Position numbers and translations under genes: made by a program. A stretch of DNA of 63,917 bases, the filler included, from Octopus bimaculoides (lineage: Eukaryota), in the NCBI RefSeq assembly GCF_001194135.2. It is 3 parts of 3 records of this genome, joined end to end, with 100 filler letters (N's around TTAATTAATTAA, not from the genome) between each part and the next. Parts side by side here need not be neighbours in the genome. Positions count along the whole stretch, not along the records: positions 1 to 21,489 come from NC_069008.1; positions 21,590 to 38,625 come from NC_068999.1; 1 more part is not named here. One strand, given 5' to 3'. Shown here in pieces: positions 11,216-22,899 of the stretch; within the stretch, counting starts at the first letter, position 1; each line of letters opens with the position of its first letter. Under the pieces are notes generated by a model that saw only the letters and a program-made list of their open reading frames with translations, searched no databases and had not been told where the DNA came from.

Positions 11216-11818
11216 CAGTTTCATTAGAGACGATCTGGACATGTTAGAGCATCTACCAAAAACCACCAACGAAGAAACACTATTAGTCTCCTTCAATGTC
11301 ATCAACCTCTACACTAACATTCCACATGACTACGGAATAGGGGCAATAAAATTCTGGTTAGAAAAATACCCCGAAGTTCTCCCAGACCACATAAACCAGA
11401 CCTTTGTCATTGAGTCCCTGAAGTTCGTCCTCCAAAACAATCACTTCCTATTCGAGGCAACTTACTACTGCCAAAAATGCGGTATTGCGATGGGAACAAA
11501 AGTAGCGCCTGTCCTTGCAAACCAATAATGGGTTTCTTTGAATCTACTCTATATGAACTTTCACTCCAAACATTTGGACCCCATTCACCCAGTATATAAG
11601 AGAAAACTGGAAAAGGTACCTAGACGATTGTTTTATCATCTGGAATGAAACCTATGATAAACTCCTGAATTTCAAATCCACACTGAACAATATAAACTCC
11701 AATATTCAAGTTACAATGGAATATAGCAAGGAACAGCTCCCATTCCTGAACATTTTGGTTATAAAAAAATCCAACAACCAAATTGCAACTGACATCTACT
11801 ACAAACCAACAGACTCAA
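11216..11818 (+). mobile_element. Penelope-like element reverse transcriptase fragment, decayed
   Basis: LVSFNVINLYTNIP...LKFVLQNNHFLF..TYY.QKCGIAMGTKVAPVLAN* ...WKRYLDDCFIIW...LPFLNILV...TDIYYKPTDS; GxAMG and YLDD motifs of Penelope-type RT; premature stop at ~11527. Confidence 0.9.
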
Positions 11819-13080
11819 AGACGGTGCTCCAGCATGGCCGCAGTCAAATGACTGAAACAAGTAAAAGAATAAAAGAATAGACGAAATACCGCTAAGTATA
11901 TTGCCAGGTGTGCTAACGTTTCTGTCAGCTCGCCACCATGACATGGTCTGCAACCAGACATTTTTTTTTTGTGAAAGGCCTGTGCGTGATGATTTTTATA
12001 GTGGAGAAAGGATTCACACAAATCCAATCCCATTCTCTGGACATGGACCACATAAACTTGAAAAGGAGAAATAGTCAACATTATCCAGTATCGTCAGTGC
12101 GGCAGGTTTTCTCCCAGTTTTTTTCCCTCTCCTAGACAGATGTTGTGACAACAATTGAAGGGCCTCCCACTTCCAGTGAACCGACCGCGCGCCTAGGCAC
12201 CAACCCAGGTCCTTCCACGCACATACATACATAAATGTGTACATAGAATATATATATACACATGCACACGCGTGCGCGCGCACGTAGATGCACATTTGTA
12301 CATAATGTATATATGTCACCATGGCGAAATATATGTGTATGTATATATATACACACACACGTCTCTGTGTGTGTATACTAACGTACAAATGAGGTTCGGG
12401 ATTCGATCGCATTGCTTAGTATCTTTATGAATACATACAAACATACATACATCATAATACATACATACATACATACATACATACATACATACATACATAC
12501 ATACATCATACATACATACATACACACACACACAAAGGCTCGTATATATATTTGCATGTGCGAGTTTATATACATGTGTGAGTGTGTGTATATGTGTTTG
12601 TACACATAAGCACAGACCCATAGTATCGATGATATAGGCTATAAATACTCGTCTAAAATATATAAAAAGTATATACACACCGTCAGCAAAGAAGACTATA
12701 TATATATATAGATAGATATCTATTTAACGCTACGCCGTTCCTGTCTTGTTCTCAGTAAATTTTGTAAGGGAAAGAAGAAAGCAAGTCCAATGTCAGTTGT
12801 CTCAATCTCGGCAAATTAAAAACAAAATTGAGGTGAAGAGATAAAGAGGCGCGTGGTTAAATATAGAAAAAAATGGGGACGGAGAAATGGGGTCAGAGAG
12901 AAAAACTAGAGAAAAAGATTAAATAGCTTATTAGTAAAAAACAAAACGAGTACACCCTTACTCACATTAAGTTTTGCACGTTTTCTTTGGTGGGGACTGG
13001 GGAATATTGTGGGTAGCAGCAGAAGTACGAATGTTGCAGAAAATGTGTTTGAGAAATTACGTAGCAATACGCTTATGCAA

Positions 13081-13145
<65 letters not shown>

Positions 13146-13966
13146 GCCACATGTTTCCCTCTTTCCTGTACCATTTCTTTATTCTTTTCACCAAATCGAG
13201 AACAGATCACATGCTTCACGAAATCAAGGTCAAATTGTATGTCTCTAGATAACTAGCAGCTGTTTTTTATCATATTATTTACTTCTTTGGTGGTGTGACA
13301 GTATTAATAAGTTTCACACACACACACACATACACATACATGTGCACCAGTCGCAAAAAGCATCAGAGAGGTTTGATAACCTTCAACATTGTCATTTCTC
13401 GGAGTAACGTATCATATCAAATGACATACCAGAATTGACACAAATTTAATAAACATAAAAATCATTTTTCCTTATCTTGCATTTATAGGGCGAGTGCCAA
13501 AGACTCTATCGTTCTGCAAACATAAAAAGCAAATGTTTAAACCGTATCAAACCGAATATATAATTAATAGAAATGTATTATCTCTTCTAAGTAAGCACAA
13601 TTTTTCATGTCTCGCCATCTTTTGTAGCAGCTGGCGGGTTGTTACATAACTGGAGGCACCTTTCCTTATATTATCGAACTGGGTCTTGTTTTGTTAACCG
13701 CTCCATAATTAATTTTCTAAGTCACCACAAAGATGGCTTCAAAGATAATTGCGCATTCTTAAATGTATGGGCGAGCGTGTATGTTGGTGCATGTATTAAC
13801 ATGTATGTGTTTGTATTGGTACATGTGCGTGTGTGTGTGTGTGTATTTGTGCTTGTATGGTCCTCTAGCATTTATCTCAGATTCAGTTCCTATACAGCTT
13901 TGTCAAGCTATACACAAACTAGTGGAGACGAGAATACATTCATCGAAGCTTTATTACTTTACGTAC

Positions 13967-14070
13967 CTCAGGGCTGAAGTCGCCAGTTATTTCTGTTTAG
14001 TTCATTCAGATTCCTTTCCCACTCAATGTTGACGCCCTTTTGTTTTGCTTCTCCGACCGGAAGTTCGTTT
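13967..14070 (-). promoter_or_regulatory. Candidate non-coding first exon and core promoter of the DAO/DDO gene
   Basis: Good donor GAG|GTACGT at 13967/13966 on the minus strand and an ETS-type CCGGAAGT at 14057-14064. The first coding exon has an acceptor upstream of its ATG, so an untranslated exon is expected. Confidence 0.35.
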
Positions 14071-14099
14071 TTGTCTACAGTTCGTCTGTCACGAATTTT

Positions 14100-14340
14100 G
14101 CCCTTCACCTATATACTACTAAAACTCTGTGATTGCTTGCTTGTCTCGAATTTAATACAACCAAACTGGTACATAATGGGAAAATACTCTGAAAGTAAGG
14201 CACCCCCTGAAATGTGAATAGAAATGGAATAAAACAAGTTTCGCGTAAATCGGACCTCGGATTCCCGAGATTCGAGGTTTTTGGGGGTACCAAAACGGCG
14301 CATAATGGGAAAATACTCCGAAAGTAACATAACCTTAAAA
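14100..14340. repeat. Inverted homolog of the 7555-7925 repeat
   Basis: cataatgggaaaatactctgaaagtaa occurs twice (~14172 and ~14301); see the 7555 feature. Confidence 0.75.
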
Positions 14341-14378
14341 AATAGAAATTGCTTGTACAGTGAGTAATTTATATTCCA

Positions 14379-14675
14379 CAGAGAGATTCAGAAAAAAATA
14401 TCTGAGATTCGTGCTGAAGAGAAACAGATATTTGGTAAGAATGTTAATTTCGAAACCGGTCCACGAATAATAATGTTTTGTTTATGTAATTTTCACTGTC
14501 TTTCCCGCATACGGTTTTGTATTTCGCTGAATCTCTTTTGAGAACCATTAGGTCTTAGTAGACACAAGATGTGGTCTATTTCTAGCACATTAAATGTCCA
14601 CTTTAGTGGTCATCGTTATATATAAACATATACTTTAATCCCCTAAGATCTCAGATATTTTTCTGAATCTCTCTG
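14379..14675. mobile_element. ~300-bp MITE-like element with ~30-bp TIRs
   Basis: cagagagattcagaaaaaaatatctgagat ... atctcagatatttttctgaatctctctg; no clear TSD. Confidence 0.6.
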
Positions 14676-14759
14676 ATTCTTTATTTATTGTCTTTGCACA
14701 GCTTCTATCGCTGGAGATGTACTCCGGTGCCCACTGTTCANNNNNNNNNNATATTTTTC

Positions 14760-16145
14760 TGAATCTCTCTGATTCTTTATTTATTGTCTTTGCACAGCTT
14801 CTATCGCTGGAGATGTACTCCGGTGCCCACTGTTCACTACCAGTGAACTAAGGTAACACCCCTTATTTTTCAAGCACCTTCCGGAGTATTCGAGCGGTTC
14901 CAAGCAGTGCTGTTTTCTCCAAGTGCTCCACCCTTATTGCAGCTCCTCTTTGTCCCATGTACTTCTCAAGACTTTTACTCACTATTCCCAGGGCTCCGAC
15001 AATTATTGGTTGTGGTCATTTTCAGTGACCACAACTGCTTAACCTCCCAAGCTACCTGTCATATCTCTCTACTTTTCTTTCTTCATTATCGCATACCTTG
15101 TTGTTGGCAGGGTATACTATATCTATGATTCAGCATCGTTTCCTCTTTATCTCAATTAACACTATGTTTCGCTTCCTATTCTCTATCTCATGATCGCACT
15201 GAATCATAAAATCCCACAGGATCTTTGCATTATCATTTTCGATGATGCCTTCGGGTTTGTGGTCGTATCAATTTTTTTCTCTGTCAAGTCCATACTTGTT
15301 GCAAAGTGTCCAATAGACAAGCCTTGCTATATTGTCGTGGTGTCTCTTATATTCCTTCTGGGCTTGTGGCGTACATTGGCTGGTAACATGCCATACGGTT
15401 TCACCATTTTGTTCACAGATTCTGCATTTATCACTTTCTGATATGTTGTCTATTCTGTATGTAGTTTGTTGTTAGCGCTTGCTCTAGGGCAGCACAGATT
15501 AGAGCCTCCGTTTCCGGTTTTAAATTACTTTTAGTCATCCACAGACATCTTTTTTCTCTATCTGTCTTATCTTCAACATCCCTATGAAATTGTCCATGCA
15601 TTCTTTTCTTTACCCACCTATTTTCAGTTTCATTGATTTTCAATTTCTTGTATAGTACTTTGTCTTTGCAATCTTTCATCCTACTCAAGCCCGACCTTCT
15701 TATTTCTAATAATAGCGGTTCTGTAGCATTTTTTACTTACCATGCTAAGTTTTCTTCTGCTCTAATGCTGCGTTCGCATCCAATAAGTCCTCTTTCTCTT
15801 CTTTTTCTTGGTACATACAGTCTGTCTGTGTCACTTTTTGGGTGGAGTGTCCCATATCTAGTTAGCAACTTCCTTGTCTTTTTGTCTAAGCTGTTTAGTT
15901 CGTCTACTGTCCATGCAATTACCACTGCTCCATATCTAAGGAGTGAAAGGACCATGGTTTTGATAGCTTCAATCTTATTCTGTCTTTTTAATTTCGACTT
16001 AAAGTTCAGTCTCAATCTGCGCAAGTACTTCACCTTAAATTTTTCTGTCATTTCTTTCTGCATCAATTTATCCATTTCCAAAATCCCCAAGTACTTATAG
16101 CCCGTCTCTTCTATCCAGTTCATAACCTGTCCCAACGGTATCATT
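14760..16145 (-). mobile_element. R4/Dong-like non-LTR retrotransposon, 5'-truncated (RT C-terminus to endonuclease), decayed
   Basis: GYKYLGILE...LHPKSDTDRLYVPRK...GLIGCE; HGQFHR...LKPETEALICAALEQALTTNY; further along KILWDFMIQCD; frameshifts and stops. Confidence 0.9.
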
Positions 16146-16207
16146 GAACACTGGGGTTGATGTAATCGACTCATCTCCACCTCCTCCAAGCTTCTTTCGT
16201 GGCAAAA

Positions 16208-16260
<53 letters not shown>

Positions 16261-16325
16261 CTTTCAAAATTGCTGCGCTTGTGGTAAAATTTGAAACCAT
16301 TATTGTTGTTGTTGTTATTATTATT

Positions 16326-16699
16326 GATTGAGAGAGCAGTATATGCCCTCAAAGTGACACAGGGGTAAAATATACGAAGCCCAGTATACCCATCATGACT
16401 ACCTGTCTCATAAGAGTACACCAGGCACATGCATCACAATCATATATGCGCGACATGGTGGTCCTATATCAAGGGAAACAGTGCATGATCTTGCAGACGG
16501 GACCCAGTTAGAATTTTCTTCTAGTTGAGTGACCGTACTGCTCAAATGGTCCTTGAATAAGGGTTGTTTAAGGATGTTGCACGAAACCCTATGCTTCGAG
16601 AGGTGAACTATTCAAACCCCAAAGAACTCCTCTCAACACATGGCTATGATGCTCCCCCACTAATTCTGCTCAAGATCAGAGATGCACATATCGTCAGTC

Positions 16700-16700
<1 letters not shown>
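16326..16700 (-). mobile_element. SINE-like family E, 5'-truncated copy
   Basis: Highly similar to the adjacent 16751-17220 copy; bounded on both sides by (TTA)n. Confidence 0.85.
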
Positions 16701-16750
<50 letters not shown>

Positions 16751-17220
16751 GAGTGAGAGAGCAGTGAATGATATCAAAGTGAGACTGGGGTGAAATATAC
16801 GAAGTCGAATATACCCATCATGACTACCCATCTGATAAGGGTACACCAGGCACATGCATCGCAACCATATGTGCAGGACACGGTGATCTCATACCATTAT
16901 TAACAACACATGACCTGGAAGGTGGGGCTCTGTTAAAATTTTCTGTTAGTCGAGTAGCCCTTCCCATTCAAGAGGTTCCTGAATAAGGTTTGTTTAAGAA
17001 TGTTGATTGAAACACTCATGTTTCTAGAGGTGAACTATTCAAACCCCAAGGAATTCCTCTCAACACATGGCTATGATGCTCCCCCACTAATTCTGCTCGA
17101 GATCAGTGATGCATATATCATCATCCACCAAGGGACATACTCAACTTGTTATGGTCAAGCAAATCTGTGGTATTGAGCAGAATACTTGCGGTAGCCTATC
17201 TCTTATACCAAGGCAAAATG
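16751..17220 (-). mobile_element. SINE-like family E, near full-length copy
   Basis: gagtgagagagcagtg...atacccatcatgactaccc...ggctatgatgctcccccact...aaatctgtggtattgagcagaata; tandem with the previous copy across (TTA)n. Confidence 0.85.
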
Positions 17221-18189
17221 TGTAGTGGTTCTTACATGCATGAAGTGGATTCGATCTACCATAGCCAAATTTAAATTAACACTGCAACAGAAATTTTCCC
17301 ACGGTGGAACAATGGTTTTTCTCAGACAGCAGTTTTACATTTTCCAGATGCCTTTAGTTAGGCCGAAATAATGTCTTCACCACTTGACACTTTCTGACCT
17401 CTTCTACATCACCAAAATCTAGAATAGAGATAATAAGACCACCAACTAAATCTATTGTTCTCAATGATATGTCTATCCTTTTGGATAGTTATAAAAACAA
17501 GAAACTCCAAGCAAGAAGTCAGTTTAGTCACCAGTCGTTAACAACTTAACGAGTCACACGGTGACGACTCAATGAGAACGAAGTCTGGCTGACCAGCTAG
17601 AACCTTGGCCAGAGGAAGAAATGAAGTTTACTGTTAGCAACTGTGAGACAACACCCAACAATTCTCACTAGCTCTAATTCTGTTCTCTTACAACATCATT
17701 CTATCGCTATCTGTGGATTACTACTAACATATTCGTATACGCCAAACTATACAAAGAAACATTCTACCACAAACTTTACTTCGCATGCCTTTGGATTTAT
17801 CATAACCTGCCCGTCGAGGCAAGGGATTGTAATATAACGGTAAATAAATATTTTCTTAAAACTTCATGCATTGTTCATCGTTCGCATCCTACAACAGGCC
17901 GTTATAACAACAAATTTTTATCGTCACAGCTGCTGACTTCGACATTTCTCCCATTACAACTGGTATCTACACTAACAAAAATCTAACCGTTACAATTGGT
18001 AAACCTCGACAACAACTAAAAACTTTATCGTTACAAACTGGCCATCTCGACGTTACATCATAACAGGTATCACTTCAAAAATAAAACCCTATCGTTACAT
18101 ATGTACATGCTAACACTTCCAGTCAGTTAAGATCAGAAGCCATGAGAGCCAGTGTCCGGTACAGCATCAGGGCATTTATTTATCATCAG

Positions 18190-18876
18190 GCGGAGACGGA
18201 CTATATGTAATCTGAACCTCCTCCCCTTATTTATTTATTTTTTTTTTTACGGAATCCCACGTTTTAGGCTATGGAGATACCGATTCTGAAAAAAATTGTT
18301 CGAAAAATTTCNNNNNNNNNNNNNNNNNNNNNNNNNNNNNNNNNNNNNNNNNNNNNNNNNNNNNNNNNNNNNNNNNNNNNNNNNNNNNNNNNNNNNNNNN
18401 NNNNNNNNNNNNNNNNNNNNNNNNNNNNNNNNNNNNNNNNNNNNNNNNNNNNNNNNNNNNNNNNNNNNNNNNNNNNNNNNNNNNNNNNNNNNNNNNNNNN
18501 NNNNNNNNNNNNNNNNNNNNNNNNNNNNNNNNNNNNNNNNNNNNNNNNNNNNNNNNNNNNNNNNNNNNNNNNNNNNNNNNNNNNNNNNNCCCCCCCCCCA
18601 CCAAGCAGGCTATTTACATGCTAGAAATAACAGCCAAATCTCACAAAACTAGTGTTAGGGTTAGGGCTAGGGTTAGGGTTTGAGTTAGGGTTAGGTTTAC
18701 CCTGTGGATCTATATAAAAACCAGGGGGGGGCGGGAATCGAAATTTTGAAATTGAGATTTTTGAAAATTTTTTTCCAGAATCGGATTCTCCATGGTCTGA
18801 AACATAGGATTCCGTAAAAAAAAACAAAATTTAAAGGGGGGGGGGTATACCCAGATTACATATACTCCATCTCCAC
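18190..18876. mobile_element. Nested-TIR (foldback-like) element containing TTAGGG-type repeats
   Basis: Outer IR ggagacggactatatgtaatctg / cagattacatatactccatctcc; inner IR acggaatcc..atggagataccgattctg / cagaatcggattctccatg..ggattccgt; gttagggttagggctagggttagggtttgagttagggttagg at ~18654-18695; N gap inside. Confidence 0.65.
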
Positions 18877-19329
18877 CCTTTTTTCTTCTTTCGTCATTTT
18901 TCAATTCTAGTGTTTCATTTGTCCAACGCTAATTACTAATTTCTCAGTCGCCACTTCATATCCATTCATTCCTCCCTTCGTTCTTCCCATCAGGTTCACT
19001 TTCCTTCTCACCCTACATTTTACCCCCATTCACGTTCCCAACCTCCCCCGACGCACACACACACAACACGGGCAAAATAAGGATGCGTAAAGGGAGAGAA
19101 TTAGTCTCGGCTGTCTTGTATATTTCACGAGTGGAGATACGCATGCGCATTGAGCATACTTCACTTTATGTTGATATCCGGTGAAATGTGTCGTTTATTT
19201 ATTTCTCTCTATCAGCTCGTAATTCATTTGTTGTACTGATAATGCATTTCTCAACTGCCAGATTCACACCTATATAACAACACTATCCTTTATGAAACAT
19301 TTCCGTAAGTAATAACCGGTCCAGATGGA

Positions 19330-20201
19330 CTATATGTAATCTGAACAGCTGTATCCAATACTGCTGGAAATTTTTATCTTCTCAGTAGTGATTCCTGATG
19401 GTCCAAGGGCTTTCCTTGTCTTCATGACCTTAATTGCCTTATCTATTAAGCTGCAATCAACTTTGATGGCTGGTCCCTCAATTGGTTCAGTATTAGGTAA
19501 ACTCCCCCCTCCCATTCATTTTCCACGTTTGATAAGCTTTCATAGAGACACTTTCATGCATCATTCTTCTCTGAGTCACAAACTGCAAGCATGCCATTAT
19601 CCATTTGCACACATTTTTAGCCTACCACATTTCTGTTTTCTTTGTTACGCAGCTTTGCAATCCTGAATACCTCATGTAGAACATTTGCAAAACTCTTAAC
19701 TTACTCCTTTTGCTATCTATGTACCTCATGCCGGCACTGTCATGGTATTAGCTGTCAGAAGTGAAAGTAGTAAAATCTGACAAGGAACGTTACTGCTGGT
19801 TTGAGTTGATTCTTTGGCTACTGACAGCTAATACCATGACTGGCCGGAGCGAGCTATCTGTCTGTCTGTCTCTCTCTCTATCTATCTATCACTCGAAAGT
19901 TATTGGAACAAATTTGACACCTATATCCATGCGTTTGAAAACACACAGAGTATAAGGGTACTACTAAAGCAGAGTGGTCCCGAACGCGCAGTCGCGCGTC
20001 CGCGCTAGCTGGTCGTGAGTGGTCGATCCTATTATTTTTAAACTTCAAACTTCATTTGTTTTCTATTTTGATAAATTCTCTAAGTTGAAAATTATATTTT
20101 TATATTTTAAATAATTTGCAATTTCAGAAAATATATTTTTATATTAAATTTGCGTTTTCTAATTTGATAAATTCTACGGACACAAACAGAGGTGAACGAG
20201 T

Positions 20202-20237
<36 letters not shown>

Positions 20238-21050
20238 TAGAGAGAGAGATAGTGAGATAGACAGACAGATAGATAGCTCCGGCCAGTCAGTAGCCAAAGA
20301 ATCAACTCAAACCAGCAGTAACGTTCCTTGTCAGTTCTACTTTCAATTCTGACAGCTAATACCATGACAGTGCCCTCATGCCTACCTCTACTTTTGGCTA
20401 CCTGATAGAATTCTCTGCTTCCACCGTTTTTCTACACCTGTCTTTTGGCTCTTATAACTCTGTCAACCTTCTTGTTCCATCACCATGTCACCCTTCATCT
20501 AACTGGCACTCTGCACCAAACATAAATTTCGTCCATAACCCTCAGTAGATTGTCCCACAGAAGCTTCCAGTTGTCCTCTAAGCTTTATGTCCCTAGCTCT
20601 TCCTCTCATTGGCAGAAGCTTCCATTTGTAAATCTCTAAATTCTAGTCTGTGTTCTGGGTCTTTGAGCTTCCATACTCTTCTTTTCCAGATTGGTTTACT
20701 TCTCCAAGTCTTTCTAGCTCTAATTCTGAAGTCACTAACTAGTAAGAAATGTTGGGTTGTACACTCTTCACCTGGGGAAGACTTAACATTTTAAAGCATC
20801 CATCTGATTGCCTGGTAATGAGGTAGTCAATCTGGCTTATGTGCTCACCAGAACAACTCATTCGAGGTCCAAAACCATAGCTCCTGTGCACTTCCTGGAA
20901 TCCGTAGGGGTGCAGTCCATGTCCATTGAAGTCTCCAGTCACAATAACAAAGTATCTGTCGTTTCTTGTTGAGTTGGTCTGCAAAAGGATCTCATAGAAT
21001 TGGTCCTTCTGCTCATCACTCGGACCAGACTGAGAAGCTTAGTGAGATAT
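19330..21050 (-). mobile_element. RTE-like LINE fragment (AP endonuclease to pre-RT region), decayed and split by a MITE
   Basis: SDEQKDQFYEILLQ...VIVTGDFNGH (APE); W*WNKKVDRVIRAK; IDKAIKVMKTRKALGPSGITTE. Confidence 0.8.
19733..20374. mobile_element. 642-bp MITE with ~150-bp TIRs and perfect 8-bp TSD (Merlin-like or hAT-like)
   Basis: TSD ctcatgcc at 19725-19732 and 20375-20382; termini GGCACTGTCATGGTATTAGCTGTCAGAA / TTCTGACAGCTAATACCATGACAGTGCC. Confidence 0.9.
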
Positions 21051-21489
21051 AAATGTAACTGTTAAATTATGGTGTCTATTAAATCCATTCAGGTGGCTTT
21101 CAATGCAATGGTGCTATTAAAGAAGACACTTGCTCAAGGTGCTACTCTGAGAGACTGAACTTGAAATCATGTGGATGGAAATCAAAGATTTTTTGGGGTT
21201 TTTTTTTTACGAATTCAGTTGACTTTTAGTCCTTCATCATTCTAGTTTGACCTGTAATAAAAATTGCTGGTTTTGCAACTATCCATGTGATCATATGACT
21301 GCATATTTCCTTTTAATTTCACCTCCCAGTCATGAATAAGAAAGACTGCATTGGATGATGTTGTCATAGATATACAACATTATTAAAATAGACAGGATTT
21401 TCATGGATGGAATGTCTTTAGTCATATGTCTCCTCTTTGATGACTAACATAGTCTCAAAAACAATGTCCGGTTCTATTTTTGGAGAAAG

Positions 21490-21589
21490 NNNNNNNNNNN
21501 NNNNNNNNNNNNNNNNNNNNNNNNNNNNNNNNNTTAATTAATTAANNNNNNNNNNNNNNNNNNNNNNNNNNNNNNNNNNNNNNNNNNNN
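21490..21589. other. Artificial scaffold-join spacer (44 N + TTAATTAATTAA + 44 N)
   Basis: Exactly 100 nt; the 12-mer at 21534-21545 has stop codons in all six frames; identical construct at 38626-38725. Confidence 0.95.
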
Positions 21590-22675
21590 GTCATAACAGT
21601 CGGGTAATTACAGATGAAATGAAAAATTCTATTGTGTTTAAAAGTGAAAGATATTTCTTCGCCTTATTTGTTCACCTCTAATTGCCACCAATGTCTGCTA
21701 TTTCGAAGGAAACGTTAAAATGTAACCATAACAAGACAAACAAAACTGATTAATAAACAAACCGTAACAATAGGAAGTCGGCCATTATGTTGAATCCCAG
21801 AAAATAATAGCGAAAACCTGATTTATAATTGTCTAGTTTTATAGTTATGTTAAACTATAGGTTAGCTGTCGTTTGTATTGTTGTTGCTGTTGTTGTTGTT
21901 TTGTGTGTTGCGGTGCAGTGTTTATCCGTATGGTGATGATGATGATACACCCTGACTTTAATAGTTATTTCAGGGTATAAGTATAATATATGTTTTAATA
22001 GATTCACGGTGAAATGGCCGTCGCTGCTGCGAGTGATGATCGTGATGAAGACGATGATGATGATGATGAAGACGACGACGACGGTGACGATGTTGTTGTT
22101 GTTGATGTTGTAGTTAATTCGACAGCCGTTTAGAATCTGGGAGTTTGGGGCATGGATGAGCTAAACAGAAGCTGCTGTCATTGTACGATGTTCGATCTAA
22201 GATTGTCAATATTTCACGTAAAGGTGGTGATTTATGAATGCACACACACACACATACATACATACATACATACATACATACATACATACATACATACATA
22301 CATACATACCTCATAAATACATAAATACACAAAAACAAACACGCATACATACATATACCTGCATAAAAGCATACATACATACATATATACAAACATACAT
22401 ACATACATACGTACGTACATACATACATACATACATACATGTAGAAACGTAATCTGATATATACATACATGTCCACATATGTAGATGCATGTATACACCT
22501 TGCACATGTATACATACATATATGCACACATACGTGCATACATATATAATCAGCCTGAATAAATACATATGTCGGTACAGACGTTTATGCATACATGTAT
22601 ACTCAATTATGTACGTATATTTATACGTTCGTATTTATGCACATATGTACGTGCACAGGCATACAAATATACATG

Positions 22676-22763
22676 CAGTTATTCCTCGATTATCGCGGGT
22701 GTTACGTTCAAATCTGGCCGCGGTAGGTGAAAATCCGCGAAGTAGAAACAGTACTGTACTGTA
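22676..22763 (+). mobile_element. Tigger-like (Tc1/mariner-pogo) MITE terminal fragment
   Basis: cagttattcctcgattatcgcgggtgttacgttc...gaaaatccgcgaagtag resembles recalled Tigger-type termini. Confidence 0.5.
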
Positions 22764-22899
22764 TATGTCTTTTCAATTATTTTTATAACTTGTATATATA
22801 GGCGCAGGCGTGGCTGTGTGGTAAGTAGCTTGGAATGAGAGCATGTATCCCTGCCCCGTAAAATTCTGTTGACTATTCTTTGAGCCATTTCTTCACTAC

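Noticed and set aside
14657-14835. ~85-bp direct repeat either side of a 10-N gap (likewise 27820-27958)
   Set aside because: An identical overlap across a minimal gap is typical of unmerged contig ends, not a biological duplication.
15737-16300. 187-aa ORF with poly-Asn as a gene
   Set aside because: It is a chimera of SINE fragments, an (AAT)n tract and a decayed R4-like RT segment.
18654-18695. TTAGGG repeats as a telomere or chromosome fusion site
   Set aside because: Only ~40 nt, degenerate, and enclosed by the inverted termini of a repeat element.
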